DNA from: an uncultured Acidobacteriota bacterium
Lineage (GTDB): Bacteria > Acidobacteriota > Thermoanaerobaculia > Multivoradales > SZUA-115
DNA: 64,000 nt
NCBI GenBank assembly: GCA_963805975.1
Contig: CAWDVR010000002.1
Span: forward strand, 160,001 to 224,000
Direction of reading: 5' to 3'
A model generated the notes under the pieces. It did no database searches and was not told the DNA's origin. It saw only the letters and a list, made by a program, of their open reading frames with translations. A program made the translations under genes and the position numbers. Each line of letters starts with the position of its first letter. Positions within the stretch are counted from its first letter, which is position 1. Positions 19,031 to 30,338 of this stretch are shown here, in pieces.

Positions 19031-19172
19031 CGTAGGGGCCCCTCCTCCACTTGGAATGGCGGGCCGCTCGTGCGGCTCGCCGCGCTTCGCACACTATTCC
19101 AAGAAAGCCTGCGCATTCAGATCTGCATAGTGATACAATCTCTCCAGCTTTCAATCTTTGAGGAGCACGAAT

Positions 19173-20069
19173 ATGAGCTCCTTGGTTCTGCTGACTCGGC
19201 GGACGTTCGCAGGCCTTCTCTGTAGCTTGGCTCTGACGACGTCCGCGCTACCCGCCGCGGCGACCCCTGCCACGGATCCGGGCTCCCGGCTCCGAGACGC
19301 GGCAACACGAGGTGACCTCGCCGCCCTGCAGGCACTGCTCGATGCCGGCGCGGACGTCAACGCCGCGAGCGAATACGGGGCCACGGCGCTGGCACTCGCG
19401 GCCGACCGCGGCCAGCCGGAGGCAGTGAAGATCCTTCTCGAGCACGGCGCTCGCGTGGGCGCGGTCGACTCCTTCTACAATTCGACGCCCATCCTCTGGG
19501 CTGCCTACAACGGCCACACCGAGGTCGTGAAGCTGCTGCTGGCGGCGGGCGCCGATTCCGGCCCGGCCGTTGCCATGGCTGTCGAGCGCAACCAGCCCGA
19601 GGTGATCCGAGTCGTCCTCGACTCGGGTCGAGTGAAGCCGGAATCTCTGGCCGGCGTGCTGGTGGGCGCCAGGACCGCCGGCAAAGCCGCGATCGTCACG
19701 CTGCTCGAGGCGGCGGGGGTACCGCCCCCGCCGGCGGCCGCCGGCGGGATCGATCCCGCCATCCTCGCCCGCTACGCCGGGCGCTACGAGAGCGACCAGT
19801 TCCATTACATCCGTGGCGAGGACGTCTACCTCGAGATCAGCGCCGCCGAAGGCGCGCTCCGGGTCTCGTTTCTCGGTCAGCCTCCGATGGCGCTCACCGC
19901 GGTCGACGACACTCACTTCCGCCTCTCCACCTTCGCGGCGGTGACCTTGTCCTTCCTCGCCAAGGACGGCAAGGTCGTCGGCCTCGAGGTGGACCAGGCG
20001 GGCACCAAGCTGACCGCGCGCAGGGTGGAAGCGGCAGGCGGCGCGCGGGCTTCGAGCTCCGAACCCTGA
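19173..20069 (+). CDS. Secreted ankyrin-repeat protein with DUF3471-like domain (copy 2)
   Basis: GAGGAG RBS. Paralog of 16736-17587 (SEYGATAL, STPILWAAYNG, IDPAILARYAGRYE). Confidence 0.88.
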   Translation: MSSLVLLTRRTFAGLLCSLALTTSALPAAATPATDPGSRLRDAATRGDLAALQALLDAGADVNAASEYGATALALAADRGQPEAVKILLEHGARVGAVDSFYNSTPILWAAYNGHTEVVKLLLAAGADSGPAVAMAVERNQPEVIRVVLDSGRVKPESLAGVLVGARTAGKAAIVTLLEAAGVPPPPAAAGGIDPAILARYAGRYESDQFHYIRGEDVYLEISAAEGALRVSFLGQPPMALTAVDDTHFRLSTFAAVTLSFLAKDGKVVGLEVDQAGTKLTARRVEAAGGARASSSEP

Positions 20070-20089
20070 GGCGCGACGAGGGGGCCGCG

Positions 20090-21481
20090 ATGCACGCCCT
20101 GGCCAGCGCCTCGTACAGAAGGTTCGGTGCGTGGTCGGCGGTCGCGTGGACCCTGCTCGCCGGCCCCGCGGCGGCGCAGAACTGGCCGCAGTTTCGCGGC
20201 ACCAACGCGGGCGGTGTGGCCGAGGGCGCGAGACCGCCCGTGTCGTGGAACGCCAAGGAAACCAAGAACGTCCGTTGGCAGACCGAGATCCCGGGGTTCT
20301 CGCACGCGAGCCCCATCGTCTGGGAGAGATCGATCTTCGTCGTCACGGCCGTGCACGCCGACGGTGAGCCGGCGTTGCGCACCGGGCTCTATGGCGACCT
20401 CGACACCACCGAGCAGGAGGGCGAGATCTCGTGGCGCCTCTATGCCCTGGACCGCGAGAGCGGCCGAGTGCTCTGGCAGCGGGAGGTCTTCCAGGGCAAG
20501 TCGCCGGTCCACCGCCACCTCAAAGGCACGCACGCCAACTCCACCCCGGCGACCGACGGCAAGCGCGTGGTGGTGCTGTTCGGCTCGATCGGCCGGCTGG
20601 CCGCCTTCGACCTCGCCGGGACCCCCCTGTGGAAGGTGGACCTCGGACCGATCGACACCGGCTGGTTCTACAACCCCGTCTATCAATGGGGTCACGCGAG
20701 CTCGCCGATCATCCGGCAGGATCGGGTCATCGTCCAGGTGGACCGCGCCGAGGACGCGTTTCTCGCGGCGTTCGACGCCGCCACCGGCAAGGAGCTGTGG
20801 CGGACGGCGCGCCCGCCGATCTCCTCCTGGGGCACGCCGACGGTGCTCGAAGGTCCGCAGGGGCCCGAGATCGTCACCGACGGCAGCAAGGGCGTGCGTG
20901 GCTACGACCCTGCCACGGGCCAGGAGCTGTGGACGCTCGCGCCAACCGCCGAGCTCACCGTCGCCACCCCGGTGGTCGGCCACGGTCTGGTCTACATCTC
21001 GAACGGCTACCGGCCCGTGCAGCCGGTCTACGCCATCCGGCCCGGAGGCAGGGGAGACATCTCCCTCGCCCAAGGCGCGACCTCGAATCAGCACGTGGCC
21101 TGGAGCCACCCCAAGGGCGGTACCTATATCCCGACGCCGATCGTGATCGGCGACCACCTGTGCACGCTGGCCAACGACGGCCGGCTCACCTGCTACGACG
21201 CCAAGAGCGGCGAGCGGGTCCACGAACGGCGCCTGGGGGGCGGGCGGGTGGCCTTCTCCGCCTCGCCGGTGGCGGCCGACGGCCGCCTCTACCTGGCGAG
21301 CGAAGACGGCGACGTCTACGTCCTCGCGGCCGGCGGCGAATACGAGCTGCTGGCGACCAGCTCGCTGGGCGAGCCGATCATGGCCACCCCGGCGATCTCC
21401 GGCGACACGCTCCTCGTACGCACGAGAAGCCACCTCTTTGCGCTGCAGGAGCAGAGGCCACAGCCAACGCCCACACCGTAG
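20090..21481 (+). CDS. Secreted PQQ-binding-like beta-propeller protein #6 (close paralog of #5)
   Basis: Long blocks identical to #5, e.g. GHGLVYISNGYRPVQPVYAIRPGGRGDISLA and HVAWSHPKGGTYIPTPIV. Confidence 0.9.
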   Translation: MHALASASYRRFGAWSAVAWTLLAGPAAAQNWPQFRGTNAGGVAEGARPPVSWNAKETKNVRWQTEIPGFSHASPIVWERSIFVVTAVHADGEPALRTGLYGDLDTTEQEGEISWRLYALDRESGRVLWQREVFQGKSPVHRHLKGTHANSTPATDGKRVVVLFGSIGRLAAFDLAGTPLWKVDLGPIDTGWFYNPVYQWGHASSPIIRQDRVIVQVDRAEDAFLAAFDAATGKELWRTARPPISSWGTPTVLEGPQGPEIVTDGSKGVRGYDPATGQELWTLAPTAELTVATPVVGHGLVYISNGYRPVQPVYAIRPGGRGDISLAQGATSNQHVAWSHPKGGTYIPTPIVIGDHLCTLANDGRLTCYDAKSGERVHERRLGGGRVAFSASPVAADGRLYLASEDGDVYVLAAGGEYELLATSSLGEPIMATPAISGDTLLVRTRSHLFALQEQRPQPTPTP

Positions 21482-21593
21482 TCCTTTCGCTCGGGCACAC
21501 TGATCGGAAGCCTGCCGTCTGGAACAGGTCGAGCCGGATGGCATACGACGCCACGGAATGGACCGCCCGGCACCTGCGTTCTGGCAGTGTGGT

Positions 21594-22568
21594 ATGAAAA
21601 CGTCCATGATCTGCCTCAGGAAACTACCCGCGTTTACCGCTTCGATTGCACCGGCGCTCGCCACCGCCCTTCTGGCACCGGCCTGCGGCGCTGAAGAGCG
21701 CACCATCTCCTCGCCGCCGCCGCTCGCGGCCGAGCTCGTCTCCGAGACCGACGCCCGCGAGATCCACACCCGTGGCGGCGCCGCCACGTTCGAGGAGCAG
21801 GTGCTGGAGCGAGTGAACCAGGAGCGGGCTGCCAACGTGCCGTCGCTCCCACCGCTCAAGGGCGTCAACCTGTTGGACAACTCGTCCGGGACCCACAGCT
21901 CCAACATGGCGACGCGCAACTTCCACATGCACTGCGATCCGGACTTCAACACCAACGTGGGCGACCGCATGACCGCCGCCGGCTACACCTGGAATGCCGC
22001 GGCCGAGAACATCGCTGCCGGCTACACGACCCCCGACGCGGTGATGAATGGCTGGATGGCGAGCGCCGGCCACCGCGCCAACATCCTCTCGGTTCTCTAT
22101 CGCGAGATCGGCGTGGGCTATGTTCTCCAGGGTGGCGATCAGGCGAACGTCCGCCAGAGCCCCCCGACCGGGCTCTGCCCCTTCACCAGCTCTAACAACG
22201 GCCCCTACAGTCACTACTGGACCCAGAACTTCGGCCTGCGCAGCAACGTGTATCCGGTGGTCATCGAGGGCGAGGCTTTCGACACCTCGAACCCGCAGGT
22301 CGATCTCTACCTCTACGGCACCGGCTGGGCGCAGGAGATGCGGCTGCGCAACGAGGCCGGTCCGTGGGGCGCCTGGCAGCCCTTCTCGAGCAACGTGGGC
22401 TGGATCCTCTCGGGCGGCGACGGCACCAAGACGGTGAACGTCGAGCTGCGCAACGGCGCGACCGTGCGCAGCGCCAGCGACTCGATCCTCCTCACGGGCA
22501 GCGACTTCCTGTTCGGCGACGGCTTCGAGTCCGCCGACACCTCGGCCTGGAGCTTGACCGTTCCTTGA
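21594..22568 (+). CDS. CAP/SCP-domain secreted protein with C-terminal DGFES motif
   Basis: VLERVNQERA, HSSNMA, AENIAAG, WMASAGHRANIL, YWTQNFG. Ends LFGDGFESADTSAWS. Start uncertain (21594 or 21606). Confidence 0.85.
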   Translation: MKTSMICLRKLPAFTASIAPALATALLAPACGAEERTISSPPPLAAELVSETDAREIHTRGGAATFEEQVLERVNQERAANVPSLPPLKGVNLLDNSSGTHSSNMATRNFHMHCDPDFNTNVGDRMTAAGYTWNAAAENIAAGYTTPDAVMNGWMASAGHRANILSVLYREIGVGYVLQGGDQANVRQSPPTGLCPFTSSNNGPYSHYWTQNFGLRSNVYPVVIEGEAFDTSNPQVDLYLYGTGWAQEMRLRNEAGPWGAWQPFSSNVGWILSGGDGTKTVNVELRNGATVRSASDSILLTGSDFLFGDGFESADTSAWSLTVP

Positions 22569-23014
22569 GCCCGGTCGTCCGGCCGCTGGTGCCCGCCGAC
22601 CACCCGGCCTGGGTGCGCCTGCGCGGCGAGCTCTGGCCGGATCTCGCCAGCGAGGCCCTGGCCGGCGAGGCCGCCGCGCTGGCCGATCACTCTCCCGACT
22701 ACTGCGCATTCGTGGCGGAGACCGCCGGGGGCGAGATGGTGGGCTTCCTCGAAGCCAGCCTGCGTCCCTGGGCCGAGGGCTGCGAGACCCAGCCCGTTGG
22801 CTATGTCGAAGGCTGGTACGTGCGGCCCGCGTTCCGCAACCGTGGACTGGGCCGGCGGCTGGTGGAGGCTGCAGAGGCCTGGGCGAGGTCGCGCGGTTGC
22901 TCCGAGATGGCCTCGGACGCCCTGGTCGACAACCACGAGAGCCACGCCGCTCACCGGCGGCTGGGCTACGAGGAAGTCGAACGGGTGGTGCTGTACCGCA
23001 AGACTCTCGGTTGA
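22565..23014 (+). CDS. GNAT acetyltransferase of the aminoglycoside 6'-N-acetyltransferase (AAC(6')-I) family, 149 aa
   Basis: LRGELWP, GFLEASLR..AEGCE..PVGYVEGWYV, RGLG, GCSEMASDA, S..AH..LGYEE.ERVV.YRK. The TTG start overlaps the upstream TGA. Confidence 0.85.
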   Translation: MSPVVRPLVPADHPAWVRLRGELWPDLASEALAGEAAALADHSPDYCAFVAETAGGEMVGFLEASLRPWAEGCETQPVGYVEGWYVRPAFRNRGLGRRLVEAAEAWARSRGCSEMASDALVDNHESHAAHRRLGYEEVERVVLYRKTLG

Positions 23015-23111
23015 CCCGAGGCACCCGAATTCCGCAGCATCTTCCGCGCTGAGACATTGTATCCTTCAGGGCATCAGCGTCCGAGCATGTCGCTAATGCA
23101 GGAGAGAAGTA

Positions 23112-24506
<1,395 letters not shown>

Positions 24507-24520
24507 CGAGCACGCGCGAT

Positions 24521-24560
24521 GTTGCATTCTGCAACGTTCTGTTGCGTTGAAACGTTTCAA
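24521..24560. promoter_or_regulatory. Putative upstream activator sequences (two palindromes)
   Basis: GTTGCA-TTC-TGCAAC (24521-24535) and TTGAAACGTTTCAA (24547-24560), directly after the activator gene. Confidence 0.55.
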
Positions 24561-24592
24561 GACACCGGCCGATAAACTCTAAACCCTTTCTC

Positions 24593-24625
24593 ATCAAATA
24601 CTTGGCAGGTGGCACGGAGCCTGCT
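24593..24625 (+). promoter_or_regulatory. Sigma-54 promoter preceded by an IHF-like site
   Basis: TGGCACGGAGCCTGCT at 24610-24625 (GG-N10-GC). ATCAA-ATAC-TTG at 24593-24604 resembles the IHF consensus WATCAANNNNTTR. Confidence 0.7.
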
Positions 24626-24701
24626 CTATAGGGCGTGTGAATCGGGATCACAACGAACCTGAGACAGACGCCCGCTGGGCACTCACGCAAAGGAGATCGT
24701 C

Positions 24702-24977
24702 ATGAACGCTCGCCGCCACCGTTTCGCCGCCACTCTTTTCGCAGCTCTCACCCTTTTCGCGCTCGCCGCCGGCGCCGCCCCGGCCGACCTCCAGACCCTC
24801 GACGCCGCCCAGGCCCAGGTCACCCTCGCCTCGGCACCCGCGCTGGAGCTCGACGAGGACCTCGCCGAGCCCACCTGCAAAGCGCCCATACCCTGCCTCA
24901 ACCCCATCGCCTTCTGTATCTGCCTGGAGGAAGGCGGGCGCGAGATGGCCTGCTTCATGTTCAGCTGCCCGGAGTGA
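24702..24977 (+). CDS. Small secreted cysteine-rich peptide (91 aa, 6 Cys)
   Basis: AAGGAG RBS, signal peptide, acidic pro-like segment, C-terminal CKAPIPCLNPIAFCICLEEGGREMACFMFSCPE. Confidence 0.7.
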   Translation: MNARRHRFAATLFAALTLFALAAGAAPADLQTLDAAQAQVTLASAPALELDEDLAEPTCKAPIPCLNPIAFCICLEEGGREMACFMFSCPE

Positions 24978-26391
24978 CCGGCGACTTCGCTCCTTCGGCG
25001 AGCGCAAAGAGCTTGCTCGCCGTGACCACGTAGAGAACGCCGTCCTTCGCCACCGGCGCGGTGTAGACGGCGTTCCCGAGGTTGGTCTCGGCGAGCTTCT
25101 TCATCTCGCGGCCGGCGGCGAGCACCACCAGGTCGCCGTCCTCGTCGCCAAGATAGACCTTGCCGTCCGCCACCAGCGGCGAGCCCCACACGGCAGCAAA
25201 GGTGTCGTACTTCCACAGCAGCTTGCCAGTCTTGGCGTCCAAGGCGTGCAGGAAGCCGGCGAGGTCGGGCGCGTAGAGGACGCCGTCGGCGATGGCCACC
25301 GTCGAGAGCGTGGTCGCAAAGTCTTCGCCCCCCAGGCTCCAGGCGGCGCCTTTCTCCGTGACGTCGCCCTCGAGCGTGGCATCGATCGCCCACAGCCGGC
25401 CGTCGGTCGAGCCGTGCTCCGGATCGTGGCCCACGCCGACGTAGACCCGGTCGCCGTCGACCACGGGTGCGGCGACGATGGCGTCCTTGCCGCGTTCGCC
25501 ACCGGCGGCGGCCGGCCGGTTGGCGTCGAACTTCCACAACAGCTTGCCGGTCTCGGGCGCGAAGGCATAGACCCAGCCGTCACCGCCCGGGAAGACCACC
25601 TGCGGCCGGCCGGCAACCACGCCGAAGGCCGGGCTCCCCCACTGGCCGTCGTTCAAGTGGGCGCCCGGCGAGGCGTCGCTCCAGCGCAGCTTGCCGGTCG
25701 AACGATCCACGGCCACGAAGCTCGGCGCCTGCGGCGCCGCCACCTTGCGGCCCTCACCGGGACCATTGCTGGTCACGGCGAAGACCAGGTCGCCCACCAC
25801 CAGCGGCGAGGACGCGGTCATGAAGCGCGGTACCACGCCCAGCTCGCCGATCAGGTCGAGCTTCCAGACCACGTCCGCGTCCGTCGTCCCGGCAGCCGCC
25901 TCCTGCTTGAAGGGGCCATCGTTCTCGCCATCCCGGAAGCCTTCCAGGTCGACGGCCACCATCTCACCGCGGTTCGAGAGGTAATAGGCGCGGTCGCCCT
26001 CGATGGCGGGCGTCGAGCAGACCCCCTGGCCGGGCCAGTCCTGGGAGCGGCCGACGGCGAGCTTCTCGTGCACCGCCTGCCAGAGGTACGAGCCGTCCGC
26101 GGCGGCGAAGGCCATCACCACGCCGCGGTCGCCGGCCACCTTGGGATCGCGCGGCGCCTCGTTGTTGGTGCCCACCAGCACCTTGCCGCCGGCCACCACC
26201 GGCCCCGCGTAGGCCTCGCTCCCCAGCGCCGCCACCCACTTCACGTTGCTACCGGTAGCGAGGTCGAAGGAAGCGGGCAGGCCCTTCTCGTCCGAGACGC
26301 GGTTGCGAGACGGCGAAGAAGCCGGTGCCGGAAGGGTGACGAGGACCGCTACGGCTGCCACCAAGGCAATGGTTTTCTCCAGGCTTCTCAT
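24961..26391 (-). CDS. Secreted PQQ-binding-like beta-propeller protein #7 (paralog of #3)
   Basis: DWPGQGVCSTP, DLEGFRDGENDGPF and WGSPLVADGKVYLGDEDGD, all matching #3. Confidence 0.9.
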   Translation of the reverse strand: MRSLEKTIALVAAVAVLVTLPAPASSPSRNRVSDEKGLPASFDLATGSNVKWVAALGSEAYAGPVVAGGKVLVGTNNEAPRDPKVAGDRGVVMAFAAADGSYLWQAVHEKLAVGRSQDWPGQGVCSTPAIEGDRAYYLSNRGEMVAVDLEGFRDGENDGPFKQEAAAGTTDADVVWKLDLIGELGVVPRFMTASSPLVVGDLVFAVTSNGPGEGRKVAAPQAPSFVAVDRSTGKLRWSDASPGAHLNDGQWGSPAFGVVAGRPQVVFPGGDGWVYAFAPETGKLLWKFDANRPAAAGGERGKDAIVAAPVVDGDRVYVGVGHDPEHGSTDGRLWAIDATLEGDVTEKGAAWSLGGEDFATTLSTVAIADGVLYAPDLAGFLHALDAKTGKLLWKYDTFAAVWGSPLVADGKVYLGDEDGDLVVLAAGREMKKLAETNLGNAVYTAPVAKDGVLYVVTASKLFALAEGAKSPVTPGS

Positions 26392-26594
26392 CGACGCTGA
26401 ACCTCCCGCCGGGGGACTTCCCGAGCCGGCGCACAGCTTATGTCACCGAGCTGATCGAGCCTCGACGCGAGGATGTCAGCCGGGTAGAATCCACGCAGTT
26501 TTTGGCATCGTGACGAGTCGATCCGCGGGCTCCACCGAGCGGGCGAGTGCGCCGGGCGCTTCCGCCTGGCTGACGGTTCTTTGGAGGAAATGCC

Positions 26595-29083
26595 ATGAGT
26601 CCGAGACCCTGCATTTCGAGGTACGTGCGGCGAACGCTCGGTAACGCGGAGTGGGCCTGTGCCCTGGCGCTGGCCGGCTGGCTCGCCGGAGCGCCCGCCA
26701 CCCTCTGGGCGCAAGACCCGCCGCCGGCTGAGGAAGCGCAGGCGGCAGCCGAGGAAGAGGCTCCGCCGCAGGAGGTGGCGGAGGAGATCACTGTCACCTC
26801 CCGGCTCTTCGAGGAATCGATCCAGGACGTTCCGCTGTCGGTCGTCGCACCCAGCGGAGAAGTGCTCCGTGCGCGGGGCGCGGAGGACCTCGAGGGCATC
26901 GCCGCCAACGTGCCCGGCTTCACCGTGCAGAACCTCGGTCCGGGCCAGAGCCAGGTGGCCATGCGCGGCGTCTCGGCCGGTCAGATCGTCCGCGACCAGC
27001 CCGGCGTCAAGGAGCAGGTGGGCATCTATCTCGACGACTCCCCCATCTCGCTCTCGCTCTTCACTCCCGACATCGACCTCGTCGACATGGCGCGCGTCGA
27101 GGTGCTGCGTGGCCCCCAGGGCACGCTCTTCGGCTCGGGCTCGCTCTCCGGCACGGTGCGCTACATCACCAAGCAGCCCGAGCTCGGGCTCTCCGAGTCG
27201 TTCGCCGAGATCTCCGGCGGCGCGATCAGCGACGGTGAGATCGGCGGCAGCGTCAAGGCCGGGGCCAACGTGCCGCTGGGCGAGAACGCGGCGATGCGGG
27301 TGGTGGGCTATTACACCAAGTACGGCGGCTACATCGACGCGGTGCAGCCGGGTCTCGGGGTCAACGAGGACGTGAACGGCGGCGACCGCACGGGCGTGCG
27401 GCTGGCGCTCACCTTCCAGCCCAGCGAGCGGCTCACCATCACGCCGCGCGTCATCTACCAGGAAGTGGACATGGATGGCTGGAACCGCGTGGATGCCTTC
27501 AATATCCTCGGCAACCCGTTCACCACCTCGCGGCCGGCGGTGGACCTGGGCGAGCGCGAGCAGTTCACGCAGATCGAGGAGCCGTTCACCGACGAGTTCC
27601 TGCTCGCCGACCTCAAGATCGAGTACGACTTCGGCGGCCTGGTCCTGACCTCGATCACCTCCTACACCGACCGCGACGTGCTGGTGGTACGCGATGCCAC
27701 GGCCCTCACCGCCAGCATCAGCGGCGGCTCGATCGGTCAGCCGGAGAACGTCTACTCGATCGACGCCCCTCTCGACGATGCCACGCAGGCGCAAGGTGCT
27801 CACCCAGGAGGTGCGGCTGGCGGGCGGCGACGAAGGGCTCGAACTGGCTGGGCGGCATGTTCTACACCGACATGCAGCGCGAGTACGGCCAGAGCTTGTT
27901 CGTCGACGGGTTCGAAGCCCTCAACACTCTCGGCATCCGGACCCAGGGCCTGCGGGCCCCGCGGGACGTGCTGTTCTTCTCCGATCTCTCGTACGACTTC
28001 CAGCAGCTCGCCCTCTTCGGCGAGGCCACCTGGGCGGCCACCGACCGGCTCGACCTGACCGGCGGCCTGCGCTACTACGACTTCGAGGAAGATCGCGACC
28101 AGGTGTTCGACGGCATCTTCGCCCACGACAACACCGGCACCGCGTTGGTGTCGCAGCCGGGCTCCACCTCGGCCGACGGCTTCGCCCCGCGCCTCATCGC
28201 GAGCTACGAGCTCTCCGAGCGGACCCGGCTCAACGCCCAGGTGTCGAAGGGCTTCCGCCTCGGCGGCATCAACGACCCGCTGAACGTGCCGCTGTGCACG
28301 CCGGCCGACCGGGAGACTTTCGGCGGTCACGATACCTGGAACGACGAGGAGCTATGGAACTACGAAGTGGGCTCGAAGTCCACCGTGATGGGCGGCCGCG
28401 GCACCTTCAACGCCGCCGTCTACTACATGGACATCTCGGACCTGCAGGCCACGGTCACCGCCGGCACCTGCTCCTCCCGCGTGGTGTTCAACGTGCCCAA
28501 GGCGCGCAGCCAGGGAATCGAGCTCGAGTTCCAGGCGGCGCCCAACGAGAACTTCGACTTCGCCATCTCGGCCAGCTATGCCGACTCCGAGCTGCGGTCG
28601 ACCCTGACGTCGACCGATTCCAACGGCATTGTGACCGTGATCCCCGGAGTCGAGGCGGGCAACCGCCTGCCCACCGTGCCCAAGTTCCAGGCGGTGGCCG
28701 CGGCCACCTACCAGTGGCAGATGGGCAACAGCCGGCTGGGATACACGACCGGCACCTACCAGTACGTGGGCTCCCGCTTCACCCAGATCGGTGACCAGGC
28801 GGCCGGTTTCGGCACGGTGAACATGCTGACCTTCGCCGGCACCATCGGCGGCCCGCTCACCCAGGGTACCTTCACCTTCGACCCCGAGCTGCCGGCCTAC
28901 GACCTGGTCAACCTGCGCCTGGGCATGCTGGTGGGCAACTGGGACGCGGCGTTGTTCGTCAACAACGTCACCGACGAGCGCGCCCTGCTGGCCCTCGACC
29001 AGGAGCGCGGCACCCGGGCCCGCGTGGGCTTCCTCACCAACCAGCCGCGGACTTTCGGGCTGAGCGCCCGCGTGAGCTTCTGA
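26595..29083 (+). CDS. TonB-dependent receptor split by two apparent +1 frameshifts (about 27792 and 27841)
   Basis: EEITVTSR TonB box, RVEVLRGPQGTLFG plug, and a barrel ending in C-terminal Phe (RVSF). Joining the frames gives ..DDATQA-KVLTQEVRLAGGDEGL-NWLGGMFY.. Confidence 0.88.
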
Positions 29084-29096
29084 AGACTTGAGCGCG

Positions 29097-29120
29097 GCGG
29101 CCGAGCGAGGGCTCGGCCGC
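29097..29120. terminator. GC hairpin between convergent genes
   Basis: GCGGCCGAGC-GAGG-GCTCGGCCGC, a perfect 10-bp stem with no clear U-tract. Confidence 0.45.
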
Positions 29121-29638
29121 TAGCGCGACAGCGGCGCGCTCGAGACCGCTGCCGGCGGCTTGGGCGGCGCGGGGTTGGGGCGGTAGAGCGTCACCAGGCA
29201 GCCGCCCAGGGCGGCGAGCACGATGCCGGCGAAGAACTGCCAGCGCACGCTCCCCCAGCCCCCGGCCGGCGGGTGGAGCAGCACCGCCACCATCGCGTTG
29301 ACCACCGGCGCGCCCGCGAAGACGATCGACATCACCACCGCCGGCGTGCCCTTGGCGCCGAAGGCGAGCAGCACGCCGAAGGCGCCGATGGCCCCCACCG
29401 TGCCGGCGATGAGCGACCACCAGAGGCCGCTCGCAGGAAAGGTCCAGCTCGCGCCGCGGGCGGCGAGGAGCGCGAGCGGCGCCAGCACCGCGGTGATGAA
29501 GTAGGCGATGCCCACGAAGAGGAAGGCCTTGTAGCGGCCGTTGACCGCATCGCCCATGCCGAGCTGGCCATTGTGGAGAAAGATCCCGTACAGACCCCAC
29601 GCCGCCACCGTCAGCAGCGCGTAGATCAGCCACGCCAT
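29120..29638 (-). CDS. Small ~5-TM membrane protein (EamA/DMT-like half)
   Basis: Hydrophobic helices WLIYALLTVAAWGLYG, FLFVGIAYF, GTVGAIGA and VMSIVFAGAPVVN. Confidence 0.75.
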   Translation of the reverse strand: MAWLIYALLTVAAWGLYGIFLHNGQLGMGDAVNGRYKAFLFVGIAYFITAVLAPLALLAARGASWTFPASGLWWSLIAGTVGAIGAFGVLLAFGAKGTPAVVMSIVFAGAPVVNAMVAVLLHPPAGGWGSVRWQFFAGIVLAALGGCLVTLYRPNPAPPKPPAAVSSAPLSR

Positions 29639-29675
29639 GCCCGCTCCCGAAGCGTCGCTCGCCATGATCCCGTTC

Positions 29676-30074
29676 CTACGCCGGCACGTCGCCCTGGGCG
29701 GCGTCGTGGGCTTCGCGCAGGCGGGTGAGCTTGGCGAGGTGATCTCTCTGGGCGGCGACGGCCTGTTCGAGCACGCCGGCGGTGCCCGCATCCACGTCGC
29801 GGATCATCTTGGGGTAGAGGATGTCGTTCTCGTAGCTCTCCTCGGCGAGCGCGGCGCCGATGTCGAGCGCCGCGCCGCGCACCTGGCCGGCGGCCTCGAG
29901 CTGCGCCTGCGCCAGACCGTCCTTGGCCGTGGCGAGGTCCAGCCAGTGGAGCGCCAGGTTGGGGAAGCCGTCCGCCTGGGCGCGCGCCGCGTAGGCACGG
30001 AAGCGGGCGGCGCTGACCGCCTCGGCGGTGAAGGCGGTTTTCAGGTGCTCGAGCTGACGGGGTAGTCGCGACAC
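29676..30074 (-). CDS. Rubrerythrin-like ferritin-fold protein (132 aa) with degenerate di-iron ligands
   Basis: LKTAFTAEA.S..RF.AYA..A..DGF, and EESYE...YP. GTG start at 30074 with an AGGAG RBS. Confidence 0.7.
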   Translation of the reverse strand: MSRLPRQLEHLKTAFTAEAVSAARFRAYAARAQADGFPNLALHWLDLATAKDGLAQAQLEAAGQVRGAALDIGAALAEESYENDILYPKMIRDVDAGTAGVLEQAVAAQRDHLAKLTRLREAHDAAQGDVPA

Positions 30075-30161
30075 GGGAGCTTCTCCTCTCGCGGTGGCCG
30101 GAACAGGCCGGGATTCTATGCAACTGGCGGCAGCCGTGGAAGCGGCGCTCACAGAGCGGAC

Positions 30162-30260
30162 AGGTCGCTTCGAGCTCCGAGCAGCCTGGGGAGGAGCGCA
30201 GCGTTACCCGCAGGGGGCGTCGAGCACCGCACCCAGGCCGCTCGGGGCTCGAGGCAACCT
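30162..30260. repeat. 29-bp imperfect inverted repeat (REP/MITE-like element or structured RNA)
   Basis: The arms 30162-30190 and 30232-30260 match at 25/29 positions, and two of the differences allow G-U pairs. Confidence 0.6.
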
Positions 30261-30338
30261 TGCCTCCCGCCCCCCGTAGTGTCACGCTAGTGGCCGGTGC
30301 GCGATGCCACCGGGCGAGACGGCTCGCCTTCCCCACCC

